Of a stretch of DNA of 64,000 nt, positions 28,942 through 39,695 are shown one piece after another. Made by a program: the position numbers and the translations under genes. The notes beneath the pieces were generated by a model, which was given only the letters and a program-made list of their open reading frames with translations, was not told the origin of the DNA and made no database searches. The DNA comes from Vulcanimicrobiota bacterium. Lineage in GTDB: Bacteria; Vulcanimicrobiota; Vulcanimicrobiia; Vulcanimicrobiales; Vulcanimicrobiaceae. The DNA is taken from the NCBI GenBank assembly GCA_963723515.1, contig CAVRQT010000002.1, forward strand, positions 704,001-768,000, in the 5' to 3' direction. Every line of letters starts with the position of its first letter. The first letter of the stretch is position 1.

Positions 28942-31352
28942 TTAGAAATTGAGCGTTCCCGGCACGATAGGGCCGTTGCGGGTGATTCCGAAGGTCGCCG
29001 CGCGCGATGGGAAGGCGAGAAGATCCAACGTCACGTTAACCATCTTGAGATTTTCGTTGTATTGCACGCGAACTTCGTAGCAATTCCCGATCACGATGTG
29101 GTAGTAGATGTTCTTGTTCGTCAGCCGGCCTTTGTTCTTCCAATCGATGTCGGTTAGGAATTGGATGTCGGCGTTGCGCCCAAACGGCGAGGCGATCCCC
29201 AGGTTCGTGATGCCGAATCCTTGACCGGGTCCAGGTGCGAACGAGCCGCCGAGAAGCAAGATCGAGCGCGGCGACGGTCGCGACGAAAGCTGATATTGAA
29301 CTGGCTGCGCTTGCCGGTTGAAGAGCGTCTGAAATGACAGCTGCAGATTGTAGAAGTCGCCGTTGAAGAAGCGCAGCACGTCGAATGCCGATTTTGAGTT
29401 TTCACTCGAAAGGATATCGAACTGCTGGAACGGGACCGCAATAGGCCCGTTGTTGTTCGCCTCGTTATAGGTAATCGAGTTGACGATGTGCCGGCCGACG
29501 GGCGTCTGCAGGGAGAGATTTTGCGTTACCGTCGCTTTGAGGTCGCCGGTCCCGTAGATAAATTGCTCGATCGTACTCGTGGCCGAGAGGTCGCTTCCGA
29601 ACAGCCGGTAGAGCGCCGGCCCGAGCGTCAACGACAGATCTTCGCGCGAGGTCAAAAAATACGGTGCGGGCTGCTCGTACCGGCCGACGTAAAACTGCGC
29701 GGCGATTGGAAACCAAAAATGCGGAAAGAGCGCGTTCGGCCGAATCGCCAGTTCAGGCATCTTGTCGATGCCGGTCGGCTGCGTTGCATTCGTCTTATCG
29801 AAGGTCAACTGGTAGTCCACCGCCGGCGTCGTCCAATGCGTCAGCGAATTGATGTGGCTGGTCGAGCTGTCCGAGGCGAATCCGCCGTATGCCGTTTGGC
29901 TCGTGTTGTAGCTCAACGTTAGACCTTGCGAGAGGCTCGTCGTCAACTGTCGCTGGTCGGTTAGGCCATAGTTCGTGACCGACGATTGCGAGCCGGTTGC
30001 CGAGCGGCTGTAATTATAATTTTGCTGCTCGCGCGGCGTCGCATGGACGACCGTTGCGGAATACTGCGTCGTCGGCGGCAAGTTCGTAAATGGTCCGTAG
30101 TTGCCGTTATAGTTGAAGACGAATTGCCCGCGCAGCGTCGGTGAGAAGTTTTCCGTTTCATTGGCGGTTAGGTTGTACTGCTGCGTGGACGTCTGGCGAT
30201 TGTGGATGCCATAATAATCGATGCTGGCCTGACGGCGTCCATTTCGCTTTGCAAAGAAACCGACGTATCCGAGGCCGAGCCCGACGCGCGTAAAGTATTC
30301 GAGCCGATAGTATCCATAGTAGTAGTTGCTATTGCCGAAGGCGAGCTTGAGTTTGACCCAAGCTCCTTCGTATGAATCGTAGCCGAATTCCGGAAAGAAG
30401 CCGGGGCGATGTAGCGCCTCCTCTTGCCGTAGCGGAATGACGACTTTCGGAAGATAGAGTATCGCCGCCGCTCCCAGATACAGCACCGCCTTGGTAATCG
30501 TTAGCCGATCGCCCGGGGTCACGTCGATCGTTCGACCGGTTAAATGATAACCGCCACGCGGATTTTCGCAGGTCGTTACGTACGCATAATCGCCGTGCGC
30601 GACGCCGCTGCTCGTTGAGGTCATCGTCTTCGCGGAGTAGTACACCTCGCCGCGCTCGACGTTGCGCGTGCTTTCGCCATGGCTGTTTTTAGCGTCGCGC
30701 TTCGTGTAACGGTGTCGAAGGCAATCTCATCGGCGCGCAAGATCGTATCTTGCTGGCGGTTGATGATGTAGGGATGGCCCGTGACCGTCACGGTGCGCTT
30801 ACCGTCATAGTGCGCGCGGTCGCCCGCGACCATGCCGTCTTGATAGTAGATCTGCACGTGGCCGATGATGTCGCCCGGCTGATTCTCGTTGACGTTGCCG
30901 ATGATCTGGTCGCCAAGGATGGCGATCTTGCCCGGCTCAAGCGTCGGTACGCCGGTCGGTGTCGGGGACGGCGAGGGCGTGGGCGAGCCTTTGGGCGTCA
31001 GCGGTTTCGGCGATCCGGTTGGACGGACCAAGAAAACCGGACCGCTGGTCGTCGCCTGTGGCGACGGAGTCGGAACCGGCAGTGGTGTAACCGGAGGCCC
31101 AGTCGGTTGCGGAGTCGCGTAGAGATGACCGCCGCCGGGCTGCCCCGGCGGGAAAGTGGGTGTCGCCTGCGGCGACGGCGACGCCACCTCGGGTGTCGGC
31201 AACGCTTGCGCGACCTGTTTCGTGCCGCAGGAGCGGCTCATCATCCCGAGCGCATCTTCGGATTGCGGATCGTTCGCGGCTAAAGTCTGTGCATTCGCAA
31301 AAACATTCCCGGCGATCGCGAGAATGCAGAGGAGCGCTCCGGCCGGCCGCAA
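28942..31352 (-). CDS. LptD/OstA-like outer-membrane assembly protein (frameshift in the A-run at 30686-30690)
   Basis: Signal peptide, PT-rich linker, jellyroll-like region, TTC...YHL...I...PGDRL, P.FGYDSYEG, beta-barrel ending in F; one extra A joins the two ORFs; downstream of lptF/G. Confidence 0.72.
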
Positions 31353-31363
31353 CGCCTTCTTAG

Positions 31364-32509
31364 TCAGCGCTCATTCCACCAGAGCATTGCGAGTCCAGCC
31401 AATCCGAAGATGATGTTCGGCATCCACGATGCCAGGTAGGGATTCATGACGCCGTTACGCCCGAAGGCAGCCGCTGCGGTGAGCAACAGATCATACATAC
31501 CAAACGCAACAATTGAGAGGGCGATTCCCAGCGTCCGCCCTTTTTTGCCGAATTTGATTGCCAGCGGAAGCGCGAGCAACACGGCGACGAAGCAGGCGAA
31601 TGGGAGTGCGCTCTTATTGGCAAGGTTGACCTGCATCGTCCCCAGCGCTGTACCGCCTACCCCCTGCGCTCGCAGAAAATGCACTTGTTGCGCGAGGGCT
31701 TTCGAGTTCATCGTAAAGGCATCGTTGTTCGTGCTGCTCATGAACGCCGCAGCCGTTTCGGCAAGCGGCAATCCGATCGAGACCGAGCTCGTTCGTGCTT
31801 GAGCTGCGAATTCTCCGTTTGCGTTGAAGCGTGTGTCGACGACGTCGTTGAGCAGAAGCGTTGCGCCTTCAACGTGGGCGGTCTTCGCCGAAAGGATCTC
31901 GTTGTAATAGCCACTGCGGCCGGGTTTGAACACCTGCACGCCGACCATCGTCTTGTTGTCCGGCATCACCTGCGCGACGTAAAAGACGTTCCCAGTATCC
32001 GGATCTTTGCGGAAGAACTGCGGTTCAACCGGCAATGCCGCCGTGTGATAAATGATCTGGTAGAAGCTGCGAGTCGAGATGTCCACGGAAGGCGGCGCGA
32101 TCAGCTCGTTCATCGCGTAGGCTACCCCAAACGCGCAGATCCCAAAGAGCAGCGGCGTCAAACAGATGCGCCACAGCGAGATGCCGGCGGTTCGCAACGC
32201 ATTGATCTCGTTGTCTGCGGAAAGGCGGCCAATCGCTAAAAGCGTTGCAAAGAGCGCCGCAAAGGGAAACGCAAGTGGAATGCTTTGCGGAATCCTAAAG
32301 AGCACGAACCGCAAAACTAAGAAAAACGGCGCGTGGGCGTTGATCAGAAAGTCGGCGGCCAGATAGAAGATATTGACGCCCCAAAACAACAGAAACGCGA
32401 AGAACGCAAAGCAGAATGGCCCGACGAACTCGCGCAACAGATACGAGTCCATCAACGGAATCCGGATCAAGGGGCGTGGAAGCGTAGCGGCGTGCGCGGC
32501 CGTCGCCAT
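31364..32509 (-). CDS. LptF/LptG family LPS export permease
   Basis: DSYLLREF, GRLSADNEINALRTAGISLWRI, NELIAP, LASWMPN. Confidence 0.92.
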   Translation of the reverse strand: MATAAHAATLPRPLIRIPLMDSYLLREFVGPFCFAFFAFLLFWGVNIFYLAADFLINAHAPFFLVLRFVLFRIPQSIPLAFPFAALFATLLAIGRLSADNEINALRTAGISLWRICLTPLLFGICAFGVAYAMNELIAPPSVDISTRSFYQIIYHTAALPVEPQFFRKDPDTGNVFYVAQVMPDNKTMVGVQVFKPGRSGYYNEILSAKTAHVEGATLLLNDVVDTRFNANGEFAAQARTSSVSIGLPLAETAAAFMSSTNNDAFTMNSKALAQQVHFLRAQGVGGTALGTMQVNLANKSALPFACFVAVLLALPLAIKFGKKGRTLGIALSIVAFGMYDLLLTAAAAFGRNGVMNPYLASWMPNIIFGLAGLAMLWWNER

Positions 32510-32523
32510 GAACTTAGTCTAGT

Positions 32524-33003
32524 CTAGTAGCTGCGGTAAGCGTTGAGCACGCGCGCAACGTAGGCGCGCGTTTCAGCATACGGCGGCACGCCGTGATAGC
32601 TGTCGACCGCCGCAGGGCCTGCGTTATATGCTGCCACCGCCAAGGTCACATTATTGCCGTACCGCGCCAGCAGATCGTGCAGATATCGCGTTCCTCCATC
32701 GACGTTGGCGCGCGGATCGAACGGATTCGCGACGCCGTAGGTGGCGGCGGTACCAGGCATCAATTGCATGAGACCTTGAGCGCCTGCGGGGCTGATTGCG
32801 CTCGGGTTGCCGCCCGACTCCGCCATGACGATAGCACTGGCCAAGGCCGGCGGTACGCTATTTCGGGCGGCGGCTTCGCCGACGATCGTTTGAAGCTCGA
32901 CGGGCGCAAGCGCGTGCGGAGCATAGGGCAAGTAACCCGCGTCACTGCAGCCATATAAGAAGGTAAGTAAAAGTGCTGCGTACGCAGACTTTCGGATCTT
33001 CAT
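32524..33003 (-). CDS. lytic transglycosylase (SLT domain) lipoprotein; start 33003 or 33012
   Basis: AESGGNP.A.S.AGAQGLMQLMPGT, AAYNAG, PPYAETRAYV. Confidence 0.9.
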   Translation of the reverse strand: MKIRKSAYAALLLTFLYGCSDAGYLPYAPHALAPVELQTIVGEAAARNSVPPALASAIVMAESGGNPSAISPAGAQGLMQLMPGTAATYGVANPFDPRANVDGGTRYLHDLLARYGNNVTLAVAAYNAGPAAVDSYHGVPPYAETRAYVARVLNAYRSY

Positions 33004-33120
33004 GCGCACCATAGGGACTGTGGATAGCCCCTTTACTCCCGACCCGCGTCGTCGCCCTGCGTAGAACGATAAGCCCTCGGCTCTAAAGGCCGCTTGCATC
33101 GCCCCTCGCAGGGGCGTATA

Positions 33121-33146
33121 GTGGAGCAAAGTGGTGCCTCGTGGTG
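33121..33146 (+). promoter_or_regulatory. MraZ-binding direct repeats
   Basis: GTGGAG-caaa-GTGGTG-cctc-GTGGTG at 10-nt periodicity just before the mraZ RBS. Confidence 0.8.
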
Positions 33147-33162
33147 TGCTGAGGAGGGCTTC

Positions 33163-33606
33163 ATGCACGCGGACTTGCCGCGTTTTTCGGGCTTCGTCGA
33201 GCATGCCCTTGACGACAAGGGCCGTCTCATCGTGCCCGCCCGCTTTCGCGAGCGCCTCGGAACCGGCTTCGTGCTGACGGTCGCCCCGCCCGATCCATGC
33301 CTAGCGCTCTACCCGCAGGGACAATGGGATATCTTCTGCAGCCGCTTGCAATCGGCGCCCCGCAAGGATGAGCAGTACCGCCGGATGGTCCGCCATCTTT
33401 TTTCGCACACGGAAGAAGTTGCATGCGATACGCAAGGCCGGCTCGTCATTCCGGCAACGCTGCGCTCGTACGCCGGCATCGAGCGCGATGTCGTCTCGAT
33501 TGGGTCGATGACCCGCATCGAGATTTGGGCGAAGGAGCGGTTCGCCGCGCATTCGGAGCCCAAGGGCGAGGTCGGCGATTTCATGGCTGAGCTGGGCCTC
33601 TACTAG
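33163..33606 (+). CDS. mraZ: division/cell wall cluster transcriptional repressor MraZ
   Basis: LDDKGRLIVPARFR and DTQGRLVIP; GAGGAGG RBS. Confidence 0.95.
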   Translation: MHADLPRFSGFVEHALDDKGRLIVPARFRERLGTGFVLTVAPPDPCLALYPQGQWDIFCSRLQSAPRKDEQYRRMVRHLFSHTEEVACDTQGRLVIPATLRSYAGIERDVVSIGSMTRIEIWAKERFAAHSEPKGEVGDFMAELGLY

Positions 33607-33771
33607 TGGGTCGTCTCCGACATAGCTTTACAGTCATGGCGCCGCTTCTGCGCCACAGCTTCGTTCCCGCGCACCTTAAATGGCGCTGCCATTCCGCGGT
33701 ACGCAGCGCCTCGCTGCGGCGCAGAATCGACACCATTTCGTGCAAACCTATGGCGGAGCCGACCCACTAGT
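33602..33771. other. 170-nt long imperfect hairpin between mraZ and rsmH (cis-regulatory or antisense RNA, or MITE)
   Basis: ACTAGTGGGTCG/CGACCCACTAGT, CTCCG/CGGAG, CATAG/CTATG, TTCTGCGCC/GGCGCAGAA nested arms plus inner GGCGCTGC/GCAGCGCC hairpin. Confidence 0.65.
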
Positions 33772-33791
33772 GTGCCGGTTTCTCTTCGCCG

Positions 33792-34655
33792 ATGACTCAT
33801 GTACCGGTTCTGCGTGCGCAAGCGCTCGAGTTCTTGGCGGTGCGCCCAGATGGCATCTATGTCGATGCAACCTTCGGCGCGGGCGGCCATACGAAAGAGA
33901 TCTTGAAACGCATGGCTTCCGGGCGGCTCATTGCTATCGATCTCGATCCCTCATGCCAGCACCGCTTCGAACATCCGGCGCTCACTTTTGTGCGCGACAA
34001 CTTTCGCAACCTCGATCGAATTCTCGATGCGCACGAGATAGCGCAAATCGATGGGGTGCTTTTCGACTTAGGGGTCTCCTCGATGCAGTTTGATCTTCCT
34101 GAACGCGGCTTTTCGTTTCGAGAAGCCGGCCCATTGGATATGCGCATGAACACGGCCGCGGGCGCGAGCGCTTACGACATTCTCGCAACTGCCAGTGAAT
34201 CTGAACTCGCCGATATCTTCTTCAGATATGGGCAGGAGCGAGCGAGCCGTAGACTCGCGCACGCGGTCGTACTCCGGCGCAAAGCGGGAGCGCTCCCCAC
34301 GACGACCACGGAATTTGCCTCGCTCGTCAGCGGCGTGCTGCACCGCTCAGGGCATCGAGAGCGGATCCATCCGGCGACGCGGGTCTTTCAAGCGCTGCGC
34401 ATCGCGGTCAACGACGAGCTGCAGTCATTGCGCGAAGGGTTGCAAGCGGCGGCCGGCCGGCTTCGCGCTACAGGCCGCATCGTCGCGATCAGCTTTCATT
34501 CGCTGGAAGACCGCATCGTCAAGAACGCATTTCGTGACGATCGCCGCCTCAACGTTCTAACGCGCAAGCCGATCGTTCCCTCGGCGGATGAAATCGCGGA
34601 GAATCCACGCGCGCGCAGTGCAAAACTACGCGCCGCCGAGCGAAAAGCAAGCTAA
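33792..34655 (+). CDS. rsmH: 16S rRNA m4C1402 methyltransferase
   Basis: HVPVL, DATFGAGGH, DLGVSSMQ, PLDMRM, FQALRIAVN, SFHSLEDR, NPRARSAKLR. Confidence 0.97.
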   Translation: MTHVPVLRAQALEFLAVRPDGIYVDATFGAGGHTKEILKRMASGRLIAIDLDPSCQHRFEHPALTFVRDNFRNLDRILDAHEIAQIDGVLFDLGVSSMQFDLPERGFSFREAGPLDMRMNTAAGASAYDILATASESELADIFFRYGQERASRRLAHAVVLRRKAGALPTTTTEFASLVSGVLHRSGHRERIHPATRVFQALRIAVNDELQSLREGLQAAAGRLRATGRIVAISFHSLEDRIVKNAFRDDRRLNVLTRKPIVPSADEIAENPRARSAKLRAAERKAS

Positions 34656-35089
34656 TGGTCGCGCCGCGACTCATCGAGAAACCGCGCGTACGCAACGTGC
34701 GCACTGCACGCGTCGCGGCGGTTCAGCGCCGGAACCGGCCCGCGAACATGCGATGCGCAGCGCTGCAGCGCTTCTTCATCCTGTTCACGGTCATACTGGC
34801 TTTCTTGATCGGATACGTGATGCTGATCTCCGATCTCACGGGCCTCGATTACGCCGTCGCGCGCGCCGAAGCCCAACGCGTCGCACTGCAAGACGAAACC
34901 GCGCGACTCGACGACCGCATCGCACTGTTGCGTTCGCAAGAACGCCTCGCTGCGATCGCTGCTGAGTTCGGCATGAAGGATGCGCAGCAGTTCGCGATCG
35001 TCACCGTACCGCCGTCGCAGCAGCCTCGCGCGCCGCATCCACGCCTAGCGTGGCTTTCGACCTTCGGTTCACTCGGAACAACCCACTAA
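34655..35089 (+). CDS. ftsL: FtsL-like cell division protein
   Basis: Basic N-terminus, single TM, coiled coil; position between rsmH and the PBP gene. Confidence 0.7.
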   Translation: MVAPRLIEKPRVRNVRTARVAAVQRRNRPANMRCAALQRFFILFTVILAFLIGYVMLISDLTGLDYAVARAEAQRVALQDETARLDDRIALLRSQERLAAIAAEFGMKDAQQFAIVTVPPSQQPRAPHPRLAWLSTFGSLGTTH

Positions 35090-35113
35090 AGTGCGCCACT
35101 AGTTCTTTTTTAA

Positions 35114-36890
35114 TTGCATCCGAGAACATTCACGCGCATCGGTCCGCTTCGTGCGAAGCTGATCTTTTACGGCGTCTTCGCGATCGCGCTCTTCCTGACG
35201 TGGCGGCTTTGCGATTTTCAGATCATTCAAGGGCCCGTGCTTGCCAAAGAGGCGCTCGAACAGCGTTCCAACACGATCGAAGTTTTCGCTCGGCGCGGCA
35301 ACATCTACGACAAGGACGGCAACGTTCTGGTCCGGTCGTTGCCCTCTGAAAGCATTTATGCTGTTCCCAGCCAGCTAAGCGATCCTGACGCAACCGCGCG
35401 AAAATTAAGCGCGATACTAGGAACCCTCGGACCGGCGGTGATTTCGGGCTTACACGATCGTCATTTACAGTTCACGTGGGTCGCGCGCAAAGTTTCGACG
35501 GACGTTGCGGCACGGGTGCGCGCTGCAAATCTGGAAGGGATCGATTTTAAAGCGGAGGATACCGGGCGCCGTTACGATACCGTTGGCCATCTCGCATCGA
35601 CGGTGCTTGGCTTTGTCGGCATCGACGAAAACGGGCTCGACGGCGTCGAATATCAATACGATTCACTCCTGCGCGGGGACACCGGACGCATCTCGCTTGA
35701 AACCGACCAGTTCAAACGCCCGATCCCCTTCGGCGACCAGATCGTGTTGCGGCCGGCGAAGCCCGGGTACAGTGTCGCCCTCACGATTGACTCGTATTTG
35801 CAGTACCAAACGGAGCGCGTGCTCGCCGAACAGGTCAAAGAATTTTCTGCGGAAAGCGGCAGTGCGCTGGTCATGGACCCATGGACCGGCGCAATTTTGG
35901 CGCTGGCCAACGTTCCCGACTACCAGCCGAACGATTTTTCACATGCGTCGCCGGATGCGCGGCGGGATCGGGCGGTCATGGATGCCTATGAGCCCGGCTC
36001 AACATTTAAGCTCGTGACGGCCGCCGCGGCGCTCGAAAGCGGCGCGGTGACGACCGAATCTCGGTTTCCCGCGCGCGACAGTTTGGAGATTGGCGGCCGC
36101 GTGCTGCATAACGCGGAAGATGGGTTCATGGCCGGAACCGGCGGCAGTGAAACGCTCGAGCAAATCATCGAATACTCCCACAATATCGGGGCCGCAGAAG
36201 TCGGCTTACGCATCGGCGCACATCGGCTTTACAACATGATCCGCAACGCGCAGTTCGGCGAGCCCACGCAAATTGGATTGCCTGGCGAAAACCCCGGCAT
36301 CGTGCCGGCGCTCAACGATTGGAGCTCCTCATCGTTACCCACAATCGCCTTTGGGCAAGGCGTCTCTGTGACACCGCTCGCGCTCGCGCGGTTTTACGCG
36401 GCAATTGCGAACGGCGGCGTCTTACTGCGTCCGCGGATTCTCTCGGCAATCTTCGACGAACATGGGAACGTGATCTATCGTTACGGTCGCGAGGTCGAAC
36501 ATCGCATCTTCTCGCGCCGGACCGCGGCGACGCTGCGCCGATTCTTGCGGTCGGTCGTCTTGCGCGGGCACTGGTGATCCGACCGCACAGATTCCGGGCT
36601 ACACCACGGCCGGAAAGACCGGGACGGCGCAAGTCGTTGAAAACGGCGATTATGCGCCCGGCGAGTACGTCGCGTCCTTTGTCGGAATGGTGCCGGCCGA
36701 ACATCCGCGGTACTTGATTCTTGTTAAAGTCACAAAACCGCGCGGCGCGATCTACGGGAGCGTCGTTGCGGCGCCAGGGTTTGCCAAGATCGCGATGATT
36801 GCAATGCTCCACGCGGGAGTATTGCCAAACGTGCCGTCGCCCTCGCCCGCGCCGGTTCGCTTGGTTCGCCGGGTCAAAAAGGCGAACTAG
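35114..36890 (+). CDS. ftsI: class B penicillin-binding protein FtsI (frameshift at GGG 36566-36568)
   Basis: RGNIYD, GLDGVEYQYD, EPGSTFK (SxxK), SHN; removing one G gives GTG...AGKTGTAQ. Confidence 0.92.
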
Positions 36891-36896
36891 CCCGCC

Positions 36897-38319
36897 GTGG
36901 CTTCAGCGGCACCATCATTTCCCGCGACAGAAATCGTGCGCGGCGCTTCCGCTTTGACGGTTGACTCTCGCAGCGCATCCGAGGGTGCAATCTTTGTGGC
37001 GATGCGCGGCACGCGTACGGACGGACATCGGTTCATCGACGACGCGATTGCGCGCGGTGCTCGCACGATCGTCATGGAGGAGCGCCGTGAATTGCCACCG
37101 GGCGTGCGCGGCTTCATCGTTGCGGATTCGTCGCAGGCCCTTGCGGAGCTCGCCAGCGCGTTTTACGGCGCGCCTGCGTCCGGACTGACGCTGATCGGCG
37201 TCACGGGAACGAACGGCAAGACCACAACCGCGCACATGATTGCATCGATCTTCAATGCGTCCGGAAAGTGCACCGGTGTCGTCGGTACGCTCGGCGCATC
37301 GTTGCCGAATTACCACCTGCCGCTCAAGAACACGACGCCGCTTGCGCATGAGCTGCACAAGACACTCGCCGATTTACGTCAACACGGCGCGCAAACGGTC
37401 GTCTTGGAAGTCAGTTCCCATGCGCTTGCGCTTGGGCGCGTTGCAGGCCTTCGGTTCGCCGTCGCGGCCTTGACGAACGTCACACGCGACCATCTCGACT
37501 TCCACGGCACATTTGAATCCTATGCGACGGCAAAGCGCGCGCTCTTCGGTGCATGCGAGCGCGCCGTCTTCAACGTTGACGATGAATGCGGAGCAGCGTG
37601 GGCCGGAAGCTTCGATGCGTCACGAACCCTGACATACTCGCTGCGCTCTCATGCTGATTTCGTCGCGGAAGATATTGCGTTGCGCAGCGACGGCTGCGGC
37701 TTCTCCGTCGATGGCATCCGGTTCGAAATTCCGATCGCCGGCCGATTCAACGTTGCCAATGCGCTCGCCGCAATAGCCGTAGCGCGCGCTTTGGATGTTC
37801 CACTCCCGTCCGCCGCACGGGGCTTGCGCGAATTGCATGCTGTGCGCGGGCGAATGGAAGCGCTTCAACCAAGTGGGCTGCAGGTCTTCATCGACTACGC
37901 GCACACGCCGGACGCACTTTCTGCCGCGCTCCGCTCGTTGCGCGAGCTCAGGCCGAAGAGGCTGACCGTGGTCTTCGGTTGCGGCGGTGATCGCGATCAG
38001 GGAAAGCGCGCGCAAATGGGCGCGATTGCGGCACAACTCGCAGATCACGTCATCGTGACGTCCGATAACCCTCGCAGCGAAGCGCCCGCCGCTATTGCCG
38101 ATGCCATCCTCACAGGGATCGGATGCCGCGAAACATGAGGTGATTTTGGATCGGCGTCAGGCGATAGAACGTGCCATTGAACGCGCAGACCTTAACGACA
38201 TCGTGCTCGTTGCGGGTAAGGGGCATGAAGCTTATCAGATCATCGGCGAGCGAGTCGTCCCGTTCGACGATCGGCAGATTGCTGCCGATGCGCTACGCCG
38301 CCGAAGTGACGGAACCTAA
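36897..38319 (+). CDS. murE: UDP-MurNAc-tripeptide synthetase (frameshift near 38120-38125)
   Basis: GVTGTNGKTT, EVSSH, TRDHLDFH, DYAHTPD, DNPR (meso-DAP type); C-terminus AGKGHE in the next frame. Confidence 0.94.
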
Positions 38320-39695
38320 TGTCGCTCAGCTTCGCGGAAGCGGTTGACGCAGTGAATGCAAAGCCGCCGGCAAAACGCAATGGTCCTTCCCAAGTCGTCG
38401 TCTCCACGGATACGCGTACCATTCATACCGGAGAGACGTTCTTAGCGCTTCGTGGCGAGCGGTTTGACGGTCATCAGTTTGTCGACGCTGCACTGCAGCG
38501 CGGTGCGGCCGCGTTGATCGTTGAAGAGCCGCCAAAGGAGTCGCACGGCGTTCCCGTTCTCGTTGTCGACGACACACTATCGGCTTATATGAAGCTGGCG
38601 GCTGTCGCCCGCGCGAAGTTGCGCGCCACGATCGTTGCGATCACCGGCAGCAATGGAAAGACGACGACGAAGGCGCTCTTAGGCCAGTTGCTGCAGCGAA
38701 ATTTTGGCAACGCGATTGCCGTTTCGCCGTCGAACGAAAACAATGAGATCGGCGTCAGCAGGTTGTTCTTGAACGCGCCGATTGATGCGCGCGTCATCGT
38801 TGTCGAAATGGGGGCGCGGCATTATGGCGACATCGCGACGCTGGTCAACATCGCGCGGCCCGATATCGGTGTCTTGACGAACGTGCGTGAAGCACATCTC
38901 GAAATCATGCAGACGCCGGAACGATTAGCGCAAACAAAGTGGGCGCTGTTTTCAACCGGCGCGCGTGCGGTACTCAACGCGGGCGATGGAGTGTCGCGGG
39001 AGCGCGCCGCTACACTTGAGCGCCCACCGCGATGGTTCGGCGCCGGAAATATTGCGTGGCCTCAGATGCACAAAGGAGAATCGGGCGTCTTTTTCGTTGA
39101 TCGGCAGACGCTTCGACTCGTCGAAGGCGGTCGTGAAACGACGTACGAGGTGAATGTGAATCTGCCGGGCGACTACAACTTAGAGAATCTCGCCGCAGCG
39201 ACTGCGGCCGCGCTGGAAGTGGGTTGCGAACCGCAATCTCTCCTGGGACAACTTGCGCAGCTCACGTTGCCGGCTGGCCGCTACGAGACGATTTGCATTC
39301 CGAATCGTCCCCGAATCATCTTCGATGCGTATAATGCGTCGCTAAGCGCAATGATGGCGACGCTTGATGCTTTCGCGAAGGAAAATGCGCGCCTGAAGAT
39401 TGCGGTCTTAGGAAGTATGGCCGAATTGGGGGATGCGTCGGCGGAATTTCACCGGCAAGCCGGCGCGCATGCCGCAACGGCGGGCATCGGCTACCTCCTA
39501 GTAGGTGGAGAGAATGCCGGCGATCTGCGACGCGGCGCCCAAAGCGCGGGTTTTAGCGCGGATCGCATCATCGAATTTAAAACGAATGGTGAAGCGGCGC
39601 AGTGGATTGGCGAGCATGCGACTCCAAGCGATGTCGTCTTCCTCAAAGGATCTCGCCGCTACAAACTTGAGGAGATCATCGAGGCGTTGCGTTAG
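38319..39695 (+). CDS. murF: UDP-MurNAc-pentapeptide synthetase
   Basis: TDTR, GERFDGH, TGSNGKTTTK, NNEIG, DAYNA, KGSR. Confidence 0.95.
   Translation: MSLSFAEAVDAVNAKPPAKRNGPSQVVVSTDTRTIHTGETFLALRGERFDGHQFVDAALQRGAAALIVEEPPKESHGVPVLVVDDTLSAYMKLAAVARAKLRATIVAITGSNGKTTTKALLGQLLQRNFGNAIAVSPSNENNEIGVSRLFLNAPIDARVIVVEMGARHYGDIATLVNIARPDIGVLTNVREAHLEIMQTPERLAQTKWALFSTGARAVLNAGDGVSRERAATLERPPRWFGAGNIAWPQMHKGESGVFFVDRQTLRLVEGGRETTYEVNVNLPGDYNLENLAAATAAALEVGCEPQSLLGQLAQLTLPAGRYETICIPNRPRIIFDAYNASLSAMMATLDAFAKENARLKIAVLGSMAELGDASAEFHRQAGAHAATAGIGYLLVGGENAGDLRRGAQSAGFSADRIIEFKTNGEAAQWIGEHATPSDVVFLKGSRRYKLEEIIEALR

Noticed and set aside
33019..33027. TGTGGATAG, a DnaA-box-like 9-mer
   Set aside because: Single imperfect copy with no cluster or AT-rich unwinding element
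35090..35113. Short hairpin plus T-run between ftsL and ftsI
   Set aside because: The stem is only about 4 bp, too weak to call a terminator
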